NCBI GenBank assembly: GCA_963803805.1 | Contig: CAWDOD010000003.1 | Location: 224,001 to 288,000, forward strand | From: an uncultured cyanobacterium | GTDB taxonomy: Bacteria > Cyanobacteriota > Cyanobacteriia > Cyanobacteriales > CAWCAG01 | Length of the DNA stretch: 64,000 nt | Direction: 5' to 3' | In this document: positions 20,953 to 31,215 of the stretch, one piece after another | Position numbering within the stretch: position 1 is the stretch's first letter | Layout: every line of letters starts with the position of its first letter | Program-made: the position numbers and the translations under genes | The notes under the pieces: generated by a model | Told to the model about the DNA's origin: nothing | Seen by the model: the letters and a program-made list of their open reading frames with translations, nothing else | Database searches by the model: none

Positions 20953-21026
20953 GAGAATTGTTTTTACTTTTTAGTCCTGTTTTTCCTTCAACAATTTGTA
21001 TATCTTAAATAATCGGGGTAGCAAAA

Positions 21027-21455
21027 ATGATCAGTACTGTATTAGATTCCGTTGAGGATTATCAGCAATTGTCCCCTTCTCTTGATAAACTTAAACCAGT
21101 TCAATCCAAGACTGTAGCTATTTTTAATCCCTACTGTAAAAGTAGCCGACGCAGTTTTTTGCCTCTTGCTCTTAATCTTTATCAAAAAGGTCATTTGGAA
21201 GGAGAAAGAAAAATAGCTGGAGGAAAAAATATTTCTTTTGTGGCTAGTTGGTCTACGGATGTTAATTTTATTCCTTCCCAATTCACCTATTGTATTGTTC
21301 AGTTTAATGGGAATGCTGAGTTAAGTTATAAAGTCTTGGTTCTTAATTCGGAATTCATTAATTATCTTATTGATATGATAGTTAGCTATCAAAAGAACGG
21401 TGATACAGATTTTCCTCAGTCTTTTTATTATAAGTTACTCCGCATGGATAAATAA
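21027..21455 (+). CDS. ebsA: Type IV pilus biogenesis/secretion protein EbsA family
   Basis: PY....R..LP.AL.LYQ.G.LEG.RKI.GG..I.FVA.W; QF.GNAELSY; DF.QSFY.KLLR. Confidence 0.82.
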   Translation: MISTVLDSVEDYQQLSPSLDKLKPVQSKTVAIFNPYCKSSRRSFLPLALNLYQKGHLEGERKIAGGKNISFVASWSTDVNFIPSQFTYCIVQFNGNAELSYKVLVLNSEFINYLIDMIVSYQKNGDTDFPQSFYYKLLRMDK

Positions 21456-21464
21456 GTCTTTTAT

Positions 21465-21491
21465 ATAACGTCAATCTCTACAAGACGTTAT
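21465..21491 (+). terminator. Possible hairpin terminator after ebsA
   Basis: ATAACGTC / GACGTTAT 8-bp stem with weak T-tract. Confidence 0.35.
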
Positions 21492-21686
21492 CAATTTTGC
21501 TCCTGGTGCAGAACGCGATATATAACTTTCGGTAAGAAACAAGGGAAAGTTATGTGTCGCGTTTTTCTTATTAATTTGATAAGCTGTCCGTGCTTTTAAA
21601 TTGGTTTGTGAAGGGAGGGTTTGCGCTTATGGTTGCCGTAAGGTTATAGGCAATAGGGAACAAGGAATAAGATGGTTTTTAACTTA

Positions 21687-22829
21687 TTAGTTAATCTTTA
21701 AGACAGTGTTGTTGTCAATTAAAGCAGGTTTGCCTTCTTGATTAATAGCACTGAAACCCTGAAAATAATCACCAATTTCTTCTGGGAAAGTGGGGAAGTT
21801 GAAAATACTATCTCCTTGGGCAATATCGGCCCAAAAATAACGTAAATTGCCGATATATTTTTCTGCTTCAGTAACTGGCAAATTGAGTGGTGGATCAGTT
21901 AATAATCTCATCATAAAAGGATAGGAGCGATCGCCCATCCATTCTCTGGAAAAATGCGGTAAGTTTTCTTTGCCAGGGACAGATTTTATTTGCTGGGAAG
22001 TGATGTTTAATTCTTTTTCTCCCAATTCGTTGGTGTTGAGTTCTAAGATGCGGTAGGGGTGAGGATAGCTAACTAAAGAACCTGTGGTAATTTCATAAAG
22101 TTCTTCTTCTTGGGCAATATCTTGAACGTGTAAATGCCCTGTGAAAATTAATTGAACTCCATAATGACGTAGTAACTTTTTTAATTGGGGAGCATTATCA
22201 AGCATATAACGCTGTCCTAAAGGATGTAAAGATTGTCCAGGTAAATGTTCTACGACATTATGATGTACCATAACCATAATAAATTTGTTTTGGTATTGAG
22301 AAAGAACCTTTTCTAACCAAATTAATTGTGGTTGATCTAAGCAACCAATTTGTTGCCCAGAATTATCAAATTGATTAGAATTTAAGGCAATTAATTGTAG
22401 TCCGGGGTGTATTTCTTTGGTGTAATAAAGTTGTTGAGGATCATCATAACCAAAGTCTTGATAATAACTAGGAAAATCTTTTAAACCAATACATTTATCC
22501 GTACCATGGAGGCTGGGTACATCATGGTTGCCGGGAATTACATAAGTGGGAAAAGGTAGGGAAGCGAGGCGCTTTTTTAACCAGGAATGGTTTTCTGGTT
22601 CCCCATGTTGAGTTAAGTCTCCTGGTAGGAGGAGAAAGTCTAAGTTAAGGGTTTCTAAATAAGTTAAAGCTATTTCTAAGGCGGGGATACTTACTTCTAT
22701 TAAATGAAATCTTTTCGGGCTATCCCAAATGGTTTCTGGTAAGCCGATATGTAAGTCACTAATTACAGCAAAACGTAAATTCATCATTAAAAAATTATTA
22801 TTTATCATCAGATATTTATTATCAAACAT
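21687..22829 (-). CDS. Calcineurin-like metallophosphoesterase
   Basis: SDLH, PGDLT, PGNHD, HH, GHLH motifs; true start probably MNLRFAV. Confidence 0.88.
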   Translation of the reverse strand: MFDNKYLMINNNFLMMNLRFAVISDLHIGLPETIWDSPKRFHLIEVSIPALEIALTYLETLNLDFLLLPGDLTQHGEPENHSWLKKRLASLPFPTYVIPGNHDVPSLHGTDKCIGLKDFPSYYQDFGYDDPQQLYYTKEIHPGLQLIALNSNQFDNSGQQIGCLDQPQLIWLEKVLSQYQNKFIMVMVHHNVVEHLPGQSLHPLGQRYMLDNAPQLKKLLRHYGVQLIFTGHLHVQDIAQEEELYEITTGSLVSYPHPYRILELNTNELGEKELNITSQQIKSVPGKENLPHFSREWMGDRSYPFMMRLLTDPPLNLPVTEAEKYIGNLRYFWADIAQGDSIFNFPTFPEEIGDYFQGFSAINQEGKPALIDNNTVLKIN

Positions 22830-22837
22830 TTATCACC

Positions 22838-23277
22838 GTAGGGGCGACTCGTTTACGAGGTGTCGTGGGCAAACCAAGATGTGAATTGAGTCGCCCGTTA
22901 CTCGTTTACGAGGTGTTGTGGGCAAACCAAGATGTGAATTGAGTCGCCCGTTACTCGTTTACGAGGTGTTGTGGGCAAACCAAGATGTGAATTGAGTCGC
23001 CCGTTACTCGTTTACGAGGTGTTGTGGGCAAACCAAGATGTGAATTGAGTCGCCCGTTACTCGTTTACGAGGTGTTGTGGGCAAACCGAGATGTGAATTG
23101 AGTCGCCCGTTACTCGTTTACGAGGTGTTGTGGGCAAACCGAGATGTGAATTGAGTCGCCCGTTACTCGTTTACGAGGTGTTGTGGGCAAACCGAGATGT
23201 GAATTGAGTCGCCCGTTACTCGTTTACGAGGTGTTGTGGGCAAACCGAGATGTGAATTGAGTCACTAAGTCGCCCCG
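22838..23277. repeat. Tandem array of eight 53-bp units derived from a GTAG REP-like element
   Basis: Unit ACTCGTTTACGAGGTGTTGTGGGCAAACC(A/G)AGATGTGAATTGAGTCGCCCGTT at 22847, 22900, 22953, 23006, 23059, 23112, 23165, 23218 (last truncated). Confidence 0.95.
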
Positions 23278-23343
23278 TCACCCCATCTCTCCGACAAAAT
23301 GTTAAATTAATTCTGCCCAAGTACTTAGTAGGAGATTTAATTC

Positions 23344-23976
23344 TTGGCAAGATTTCGAGTTCGACAGCACGTTAACCCCTTATCTCAAAAGTATCAAACT
23401 CCTGCCACTCCTCCTCAATGGCAGGAAGTTTATCAAGATCCGACTCAACCATTACATTTGGATATTGGTTCAGGTTGGGGCAGTTTTTTGTTGACAATGG
23501 CACAACTTCATAAGGATGTTAATTTTCTGGGCTTAGAAATTCGTAAACCTTTGGTAGATAAGGCTAATTACGAAAAGGAAGAACTTGCCTTAAATAATCT
23601 CCATTTCTTATTTTGCAATGTTAATAATTCTTTGGGGGAGTTATTAAGTTCATTACCTACCCAAGGGCTACAATGTGTGACGATTCAATTTCCAGATCCT
23701 TGGTTCAAGAGAAAACATATTAAACGTCGGGTTATTCAACCGGAGTTAGTGGATATTTTGGCTCAATTTTTAATATCAGGAGGTACAGTTTTTTTACAAT
23801 CAGATGTTGAAGCGATGACGAAAGAAATGCGTCAATCTTTTGATAAGCATCCTGCTTTTAAGCAACAACATGAAGAAGTTTATTTAACAGAAAATCCTTT
23901 TCCGCCTACAGAAAGAGAGGCTTATACTTTGAAGTTAGAAAAGCCAGTTTATCGGGCATTTATCATTAAACATTAA
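23344..23976 (+). CDS. trmB: tRNA (guanine-N7)-methyltransferase
   Basis: RVRQHVNPL, LDIG.G.G, GLEIR, FPDPWFK..H.KRR, PTERE. Confidence 0.95.
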   Translation: MARFRVRQHVNPLSQKYQTPATPPQWQEVYQDPTQPLHLDIGSGWGSFLLTMAQLHKDVNFLGLEIRKPLVDKANYEKEELALNNLHFLFCNVNNSLGELLSSLPTQGLQCVTIQFPDPWFKRKHIKRRVIQPELVDILAQFLISGGTVFLQSDVEAMTKEMRQSFDKHPAFKQQHEEVYLTENPFPPTEREAYTLKLEKPVYRAFIIKH

Positions 23977-24045
23977 ACATTGAAAATAAACATTAAATAT
24001 TTAAAATTGGATGCTCGTTATTGGATTGCGATCGCAAAATTATAG

Positions 24046-24106
24046 GTAGGGGCGGGTTTTCGTAAATGTCTGTTATTGCCTAAGATATAAATAAACCCGC
24101 CCTTAC
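24046..24106. repeat. GTAG-type REP-like palindrome between convergent genes
   Basis: GTAGGGGCGGGTTT ... AAACCCGCCCTTAC. Confidence 0.75.
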
Positions 24107-24117
24107 AGTTTATGGGA

Positions 24118-27100
24118 TTACCCTTCTTCGATAACTATTTGCCACAAAGCATCGATAACATGGCCAAGCTGAGGGTGATTTTCATTTTCCTGAAGCCATT
24201 GTACTATTAGAGGGAGAATGCAGGAATCTTTTTTCCCTAGTTTACCCAAAGTATTAGCAGCACCGTAGCACACAGCAATATAATCACTACGAAGAAGAGG
24301 AATTAAAGCAGTCACTATTAGCTTCCCTACTTTTCCTAAATTCCCTAAAGCCTTAGCAGCACTATAGCGCACCCTAGAATCATCTTCGTGAAGGAGAGAG
24401 AGCAAAGCCGTTACTACTTCTTCTGATGCTTCTCCTAATTTACCCAAAGCATCAGCAACAAAATAGCGTATGTCATCATCTCCTTCAAGGAGAGAGAGCA
24501 AAGCCGTCACTACTTCTTCTGGTGCTTTTTCCAAATCACCCAGAGCATCAGCAGCACGGAAGCGTACAGAGTAATGATCGTCATGAAGAAGAGGTAGTAA
24601 AGCCGTCACCACTTCTTCTGATGCTTCTCCTAATTTACCTAAAGTAATAGCAGCACCGAAGCGTACCCTAGCATTATCATCACGAAGGAGAGGAAGCAAA
24701 GCATTTACTACCTCCTCTGATGCCTTTCCTAACTTACCTAAAGCATCAGCAGCACAATAGCGTACATCAGAATCATCATCACGAAGGAGAGGAAGCAAAG
24801 CATTTATTACCTCCTCTGATGCCTTTCCTAACTTACCTAAAGCATCAGCAGTACGAAAGCGCACCCTGGAATCATCATCACGAAGGAGAGGAAGCAAAGC
24901 ATTTATTACCTCCTCTGATGCTTTTCCTAACTTACCTAAAGCATCAGCAGTACGAAAGCGCACCCTGGAATCATCATCACGAAGGAGAGGAAGCAAAGCA
25001 TTTATTACCTCCTCTGATGCTTTTCCTAATTCACCTAGATTAGAAGCAGCAAAAGAGCGTATATGCCAGCTATTGTCCTCGCAAAGCAGAATTGAAGCAG
25101 TGATTACCCCTTGCTTTTCCCCTAACTCCACACGATATTTCTGCAACCTTACTTTATCAACTTTCTCACCTTCAGCCTTCAATAAATCTAAAACTTGCTT
25201 CTCAAAAGCTGTCTCATACAAACGCCGTAAAGTCTGAAAACCCTGCTCTCTAATTCGCCAACCAACCTGATTATCATCACTCACCTCCAAAGCCACCAAC
25301 CGAGTTAAAACCTCCTCCACCAAACCAGCATCAGCAACCCCTAGCCCCTTGGGATCTTCTGCTAAACAACTGCCTGCAAAAAATAAATCTCGATGTAACC
25401 ATTGCTCATATTCACTGCCGTTGTGTAAAATCGCTTTAATCGCCTTCGCTGCTTTCTTGGGCTTTTGCTGGGCAATTAACAATAGCAAAACTTCTCGCCA
25501 GTGAGGATCATGGAGATGTGCTTTAATATGATCAAGGATAATCTCAAAATCCCCTTCATTATCTGCTTGATAATCAATCTCTTGCCCACAGAGATATTCC
25601 TGGAAAGTCTTATGGACAAAAGCATAGCAGTTTTGTCCTTGTTCATTTAGTAACCCGGTGCGCTCTTGAATTAAACTAAGAAAACGCTTTGCTTCTTCCT
25701 TTGCTTCATAGGCTTGAATACCTTTGAGGGTTTTTATTTCCCCCTTCAACTTAGCTAACAACTCCTCACAATCAATTAAAGTTCCCCCTTCTTCATCCCC
25801 TGTATTACCTTCATTGTGTATCCAATAAGCAATGATTTCCAAAATCCGCCGCAAGTCATCTAAACTGAGATATTGCAATACTTTGTGTGCCGTAATCTCT
25901 TTGTTAGCATCCCAGGAAGTAAGCAAGGTTTCCACTGCTTTATCATAGAGTTTGTAACGTTCCTTGGGTAAAACCGCTTGATAACGATGGATTAAGGCGA
26001 TGATGGTTAATAACAGGGGATTCCGGGCGAGGAGTTTGATTCTTTCATTATCAGCCAAAGCCTTATGCAAATTCTCCTTGCACCTTGCTGCTTCCCCAGA
26101 ATCTTTCACCCGGCTATCATACCAATGGTTAACAAACTCCTCTAACTTCTCATCATCAAAAGCTTGTAACTCAAAACGGGGAAACTCTTCGGTACGGAAA
26201 AAGTCCCGTTTATAACCAGCCGGGCGGGAAGTAATAATCGCCCGGTTATGGGGAAACTGCCCCAAAAAGTTCTCAATGCGGCGGACAATTTCGTAACGCT
26301 TGCCCGTTTCTGCAACCTCATCTAAGCCATCAAGCAAAATCAAAGCCCGCCCATCTTCTAACCAATAATTAAAGAAGCCTGTGGGTAAAATTTTCACGGC
26401 TAAACGTTTTTCAGCAAACTGTTTGGCAAACTCCAAAATACTCACATCCCCCCACCTTGCTAAGTCGCGAATACGAATAATTATGGGTAGGTAATCTACA
26501 TCAGGATGTAAACCCAACTTCTCCCTTTCTCCTTGTGCCAACATCACCGCAAAGTAGCTAGCTAAGGTGGTTTTCCCTGAACCCGGCGCACCCAACAGCA
26601 CAAACTTCTTTGAGTCTGTTTGTTGCAAAAGCTGCGAAGCCAGAAACTTTCGCCCCGAAGGTTTGCTGAAAGCCCGTTGTCGTTGCTGGGCAAGTAAGAC
26701 TTGTTGTCGATTCTCTTCCCCTCCATAGTTCCCTAATTCAAAAACAAAATCCCTACCCCCATCTTCAACCACATCAGGCATCACAAATATTTGTGCCAAC
26801 TTCTCCGACTTCTCCACTTCCTGCCCCGCCACAGGCATCCCCGCAAACTTAACATCATCAAACCAATTTGCCAGTTGAGTGAGGTAATCTTCTTTGGCTA
26901 CCTGAAACTTAAGAAAAGCGTTGGTATTTTCAAAATAGGTTTTAGAAAAAACTTCTAACCAAGGCTTAACCAAATCCCTATCTATCTCTCCCTTCCCCGC
27001 AAAAAACCCCTCCCCTGCTTCTACAAAAGCCTTAGCCAAAAAATCCACATCAGGCAAACCTTCACCCTTGAGGGGCTTCTGTAACTCCTCTACTTGCGCC

Positions 27101-27318
27101 TCAAAAAACTGCCTCAGAAACTTCCTAATAAAATCAGGAGGACAACGATAAAACAACAAATTATATTCTTTCGTCGCCTCTCTAATCGCCCTATTCATTG
27201 CCTTACAAAGATCATCGCCGTTAAGTTTACTGTTAACCCCTCTCAGTAAAAACTCAACTCCCTTAACCGTAATACACTCTGCTGCCCAACCTGCGATCGC
27301 TGTTGTAACTGGTTCCAT
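24118..27318 (-). CDS. NACHT NTPase with C-terminal HEAT/PBS-lyase repeats
   Basis: GAPGSGKTT, LLDGLDEV, ITSR, NPLLL, F.HKTFQEY; 33-aa HEAT repeats. Confidence 0.92.
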   Translation of the reverse strand: MEPVTTAIAGWAAECITVKGVEFLLRGVNSKLNGDDLCKAMNRAIREATKEYNLLFYRCPPDFIRKFLRQFFEAQVEELQKPLKGEGLPDVDFLAKAFVEAGEGFFAGKGEIDRDLVKPWLEVFSKTYFENTNAFLKFQVAKEDYLTQLANWFDDVKFAGMPVAGQEVEKSEKLAQIFVMPDVVEDGGRDFVFELGNYGGEENRQQVLLAQQRQRAFSKPSGRKFLASQLLQQTDSKKFVLLGAPGSGKTTLASYFAVMLAQGEREKLGLHPDVDYLPIIIRIRDLARWGDVSILEFAKQFAEKRLAVKILPTGFFNYWLEDGRALILLDGLDEVAETGKRYEIVRRIENFLGQFPHNRAIITSRPAGYKRDFFRTEEFPRFELQAFDDEKLEEFVNHWYDSRVKDSGEAARCKENLHKALADNERIKLLARNPLLLTIIALIHRYQAVLPKERYKLYDKAVETLLTSWDANKEITAHKVLQYLSLDDLRRILEIIAYWIHNEGNTGDEEGGTLIDCEELLAKLKGEIKTLKGIQAYEAKEEAKRFLSLIQERTGLLNEQGQNCYAFVHKTFQEYLCGQEIDYQADNEGDFEIILDHIKAHLHDPHWREVLLLLIAQQKPKKAAKAIKAILHNGSEYEQWLHRDLFFAGSCLAEDPKGLGVADAGLVEEVLTRLVALEVSDDNQVGWRIREQGFQTLRRLYETAFEKQVLDLLKAEGEKVDKVRLQKYRVELGEKQGVITASILLCEDNSWHIRSFAASNLGELGKASEEVINALLPLLRDDDSRVRFRTADALGKLGKASEEVINALLPLLRDDDSRVRFRTADALGKLGKASEEVINALLPLLRDDDSDVRYCAADALGKLGKASEEVVNALLPLLRDDNARVRFGAAITLGKLGEASEEVVTALLPLLHDDHYSVRFRAADALGDLEKAPEEVVTALLSLLEGDDDIRYFVADALGKLGEASEEVVTALLSLLHEDDSRVRYSAAKALGNLGKVGKLIVTALIPLLRSDYIAVCYGAANTLGKLGKKDSCILPLIVQWLQENENHPQLGHVIDALWQIVIEEG

Positions 27319-27553
27319 TTTTTCAAATTAAAAATTAGAAGTCGTTTGTGTAAACCTTCTCGTAAAATCAAGTCGCATATTCACCCTAGAATCTGCATAG
27401 TAACATCCCCCCCAGAGAGAAGAAGTCATTAGGAAAGCTTTTTACCCCTTCTATTCATGTGAGTTTATTTTTGTAACACAACTCTCATTCAAAAACATTT
27501 TATGCCATAATACACATACAAAGCGACATTCTCGTAGCAAAAAGGGAAGCAAA

Positions 27554-27952
27554 ATGAAAGCATCTGTTTCTAAATGTCTAGTTGGCTTAACAATTTTAGT
27601 AACAACAACTTGGGCAACTGTTGCCCGTGCGGATTGGGTTAGGGTATTAACTGATCAAGCAAATAATGTGGTTTTCTATATAGAACCTAGCACCATTCAG
27701 CTTAATAATAGTAGATACTATTTTCTGGCTCACTTACAACTTATAACTCCGGAATACTTGCCAGCATATGAAGCCGAAGTAAGTAGTGCCAATGTGCTTT
27801 TTTCAACTGATTGTAACACTGGTGATTTTCAAGCACACCAGGAAGAAGGATTTGATGCCCAAGGTAATAGCTTAGGAACTTTGGAAGTAAGCATCCAATA
27901 TTCAACACTTACTAAAGGGGCAGATGCTATCAAAAACTTTGTTTGCAACTAA
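27554..27952 (+). CDS. Putative secreted hypothetical protein
   Basis: Signal peptide ending ARA-DW; two Cys in the mature part. Confidence 0.6.
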   Translation: MKASVSKCLVGLTILVTTTWATVARADWVRVLTDQANNVVFYIEPSTIQLNNSRYYFLAHLQLITPEYLPAYEAEVSSANVLFSTDCNTGDFQAHQEEGFDAQGNSLGTLEVSIQYSTLTKGADAIKNFVCN

Positions 27953-28887
27953 AAATTCTGAATCTTTTCTAACAACTCCCTCGCTTTATTCGCCCATTGC
28001 TGATTATTTTGATTAATGTATAAATCCCTCGCATACTCAATAACTCGCCTCGCTTCACCATAGCGTCCCTGACGAATAAAAACTAGACCCGCAGAATAAT
28101 AAGCACTAGCATAATTAGGATTGCTTTCTGTTACCTTGCGAAAAGAGTTAAGGGCTGCTTCCAAATTATTCTCTGTAAAATAAATGCCCCCTAAATTATA
28201 GTGAGCATCAGCATAATTAGGATTAATTTGAATCGCTTTTTGTAAAGCATCCTTAGCAGCCTTACTTTGATTTTGCTGTAAATAAATTTGCCCTAAATAA
28301 TAATATGGTTCGGGGGCAGTGGGGCTATACTTAGCAGCATTACGAAAAGAAGTAACTGCTTGATCTATCTCTCCTAACTGCACTAACACTAAACCTAAAT
28401 TATAATGAGCTAATCCCATTTCTGGATTTTGTTGCAAAGCTAGGGTTAAATACTCCTTCGCTTGAGGAAAATTCTTTCCTTCTAATAATGCCGCCCCCAA
28501 ATTAGCAAAAGCTAAAGTGAAGTTAGGGTCAATTTTAATCGCTTCATAAAAAGCATTTGCTGCTGTTTGCAGTTGACCTTTTTGTCGCAAAGCTAAGCCT
28601 AAATTATAATGGGCTGCGGCTAACTTAGGGTTCAAGCGGGCTGATTCAGTAAAAGCTGCGATCGCCCCATCTAATTGTCCTTGTTTAATTAAACTTAATC
28701 CCTCATTCAATTTTGCTGCTGCTGCTGGAGTTGTGGGAGTTAACACCGGAGGTAAAGGATTTTGGGCCAAAACTTGCTGAGTCAGTTTTCCGCTACCGAC
28801 AAAACAAAAAGTTCCTGCAACTAGCAAACCCAAAAACTTGTAGGCATTGTTGCAACAAACTCGGAAGAAAACGTTGCTAATATTCAT
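27949..28887 (-). CDS. Tetratricopeptide repeat protein
   Basis: Repeated A.AHYNLG..L...G....A...F..A....P units. Confidence 0.88.
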   Translation of the reverse strand: MNISNVFFRVCCNNAYKFLGLLVAGTFCFVGSGKLTQQVLAQNPLPPVLTPTTPAAAAKLNEGLSLIKQGQLDGAIAAFTESARLNPKLAAAHYNLGLALRQKGQLQTAANAFYEAIKIDPNFTLAFANLGAALLEGKNFPQAKEYLTLALQQNPEMGLAHYNLGLVLVQLGEIDQAVTSFRNAAKYSPTAPEPYYYLGQIYLQQNQSKAAKDALQKAIQINPNYADAHYNLGGIYFTENNLEAALNSFRKVTESNPNYASAYYSAGLVFIRQGRYGEARRVIEYARDLYINQNNQQWANKARELLEKIQNF

Positions 28888-29178
28888 CTAAATTAGTACT
28901 TATTTATATTTGGTAAGCTTACTTAATTATTTAGAGTAGTTGCCTTACAAGAGATTGCAATTTTGTTCTTGGTGGCACTATTACAGGTTAACCTCACTAA
29001 ATGTAGGGATGCAAAAAAGCAATTTATATTTTACTTTATAGCAATTTTGCCCATTACTAAAGCATCTCTCATCTAGCTATTAGCCATTAGCTATTAGCCA
29101 TCAACACACCATAATTATTTAATTTTAGGAGGACACGGCCATACTCATCGATTAAAGAGGAAAGCCGTGGAGGTTTAA

Positions 29179-31215
29179 ATGAACCAAAAAGTCCTTGAAA
29201 ACACCCGTAATGTTGCCATCGTTGGCCCTTATTCTAGCGGGAAAACAACTTTACTCGAAAGTTTACTCTTCATCACCGAAGCAATTCCCCGTAAAGGTTC
29301 AATCAAAGAAGGTAACACCGTAGGAGATGGTGCAACGGAAGCCAGGGAACATCACATGAGTGTTGAAGTTTCCGCCGCCAGTACAGATTATCAAGATATT
29401 AACTTCACCTTTCTAGACTGTCCCGGTTCCATTGAATTTGTTCAGGAAACCTACAATGCTTTAGTAGGGGCAGGGGCGGCAATTGTCGTTTGTGAACCAA
29501 TTATAGATAAGGTTCTAACCCTTGCTCCTTTGTTCAAATTCCTTGATGATTGGGAAATTCCCCACCTCGTCTTCATCAACAAAATGGATCGTGCCAATGA
29601 CCATTTTATGGAAGTTCTCCACGCCCTCCAAAAAGTTTCTAGTCGCCCCTTAGTACCCCAACAATACCCCATTCGCCAAAATCGGCAACTCCTGGGCTAC
29701 ATTGACTTAGTAACCGAACAAGCTTATCATTACCACCAAGGAGACTCTCCCGATCCGGTTCCCCTTCCCGAAGCCCTCAAAGAGGAAGAAAAAGCGGCTA
29801 GGGAAGAAATGTTGGAAACTTTAGCTGACTTTGATGACCATCTTTTAGAAGAACTCCTCGAAGATATTGACCCACCCCAAGAAGAAATTCTCCGTGACCT
29901 CAAACAAGATTTAAGTGCAGACTTAATTGTTCCTGTCTTCTTTGGCATTGCCGAAACCGATTTTGGTTTGCGCCCTTTACTGGACGCTTTGGTTAAAGAA
30001 GCACCTGCGCCGAATATAACTGCCCAACGTCGCGGCTTCACCCCCACCAATGACGGTAAACCGAAACTACAAGTACTCAAAACCTACTATACTCCCCAAG
30101 GTGGTAAACTTTCCTTAGTACGTATTTGGCAAGGTCAGTTAACCGAAGGTGCAATCCTTAATGGTGTCAGGGCTGGGGGAATGTATCGCTTAACGGGACA
30201 GCAACAGACATCTTTAACCCAAGCTTCTGTGGGGGAAATTATGGCCATTTCCCGTTTAGAAGGTATCAACACTGGGGACACCCTCACCACCGATGAAGTC
30301 TTGCAACCAGAGGATGAACTACCCAAAGCAGACGCCATTGCCCCAGTATATGCCCTTGCCGTTACCCCAGAAAAACGCAAGGATGAAGTTAAACTCAGCA
30401 GTGCCATTAGCAAACTCCTAGAAGAAGATCCTTCCTTAACCTGGGAACAGCAAGCCGATACTCACGAAGTTATTCTTTGGGGTCAAGGGGAAATTCATCT
30501 GCGGGTTTCTTTAGATCGTTTGCGGCGCAAGTATAACCTGCCCATGAACACCCAATCCCCCCAAATCCCTTACAAAGAAACCATCCGTCAAGCCACCACT
30601 TCCCACGGCCGCTATAAACATCAAAGCGGTGGTCACGGGGCTTTCGGGGATGTATATTTAGATATTCGTCCTTTAGGTAGGGGAGAAGGGTTCAATTTTC
30701 AAGAAACTATTGTTGGCGGGGCTGTACCAAAACAATATATTTCTGGGGTTGAAACCGGGGTTAAGGAATATCTCAACCATGGCCCCTTGGGTTTCCCGGT
30801 GGTAGATGTTAGTGTCACCTTAACCGACGGTTCCCACCACTCTGTTGATAGTTCTGAACAAGCTTTTAAACAAGCCGCCCGCATTGCCATGACAGAAGGA
30901 ATGCCTAGTTGTAAGCCGATTTTACTTGAACCTATCCTTGCCATTGTAGTCTCTGCCCCCTCTGAGTTCACCTCCAAAGCCTTGCAACTAGTCACAGGCC
31001 GCCGGGGACAAATTCTCGGTTACGAACCCTTAAGAAACTGGCAAGGATGGGACCAGATATCAGCCCATTTACCCCAAGCAGAAATGCAAAATTTTATTAT
31101 TGAATTGCGATCGCTAACTATGGGAGTTGGCTTCTTTAATTGGCAGTATGACCACCTCCAAGAAGTACCGGGTAAGTTAACGGAAAGTGTTTTGAGTAAG
31201 GGTGTGGGGGTGTAA
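29179..31215 (+). CDS. fusA: Elongation factor G paralog (EF-G2-like)
   Basis: GPYSSGKTT, DCPG, NKMD, EEDPSL, GEIHL, YKET, KHQSGGHGAFG, VDSSEQAF; P-loop differs from canonical AHIDAGKTT. Confidence 0.88.
   Translation: MNQKVLENTRNVAIVGPYSSGKTTLLESLLFITEAIPRKGSIKEGNTVGDGATEAREHHMSVEVSAASTDYQDINFTFLDCPGSIEFVQETYNALVGAGAAIVVCEPIIDKVLTLAPLFKFLDDWEIPHLVFINKMDRANDHFMEVLHALQKVSSRPLVPQQYPIRQNRQLLGYIDLVTEQAYHYHQGDSPDPVPLPEALKEEEKAAREEMLETLADFDDHLLEELLEDIDPPQEEILRDLKQDLSADLIVPVFFGIAETDFGLRPLLDALVKEAPAPNITAQRRGFTPTNDGKPKLQVLKTYYTPQGGKLSLVRIWQGQLTEGAILNGVRAGGMYRLTGQQQTSLTQASVGEIMAISRLEGINTGDTLTTDEVLQPEDELPKADAIAPVYALAVTPEKRKDEVKLSSAISKLLEEDPSLTWEQQADTHEVILWGQGEIHLRVSLDRLRRKYNLPMNTQSPQIPYKETIRQATTSHGRYKHQSGGHGAFGDVYLDIRPLGRGEGFNFQETIVGGAVPKQYISGVETGVKEYLNHGPLGFPVVDVSVTLTDGSHHSVDSSEQAFKQAARIAMTEGMPSCKPILLEPILAIVVSAPSEFTSKALQLVTGRRGQILGYEPLRNWQGWDQISAHLPQAEMQNFIIELRSLTMGVGFFNWQYDHLQEVPGKLTESVLSKGVGV

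Noticed and set aside
22838-23277. 53-bp periodic array as a CRISPR array or coding repeat
   Set aside because: No unique spacers (units are essentially identical) and 53 is not a multiple of 3.
24426-25043. His-rich repetitive ORFs on the + strand
   Set aside because: Antisense shadows of the HEAT repeat codons.
27407-27413. C7 run upstream of the NACHT gene as a phase-variable tract
   Set aside because: Short, and not clearly placed between convincing -35/-10 boxes.
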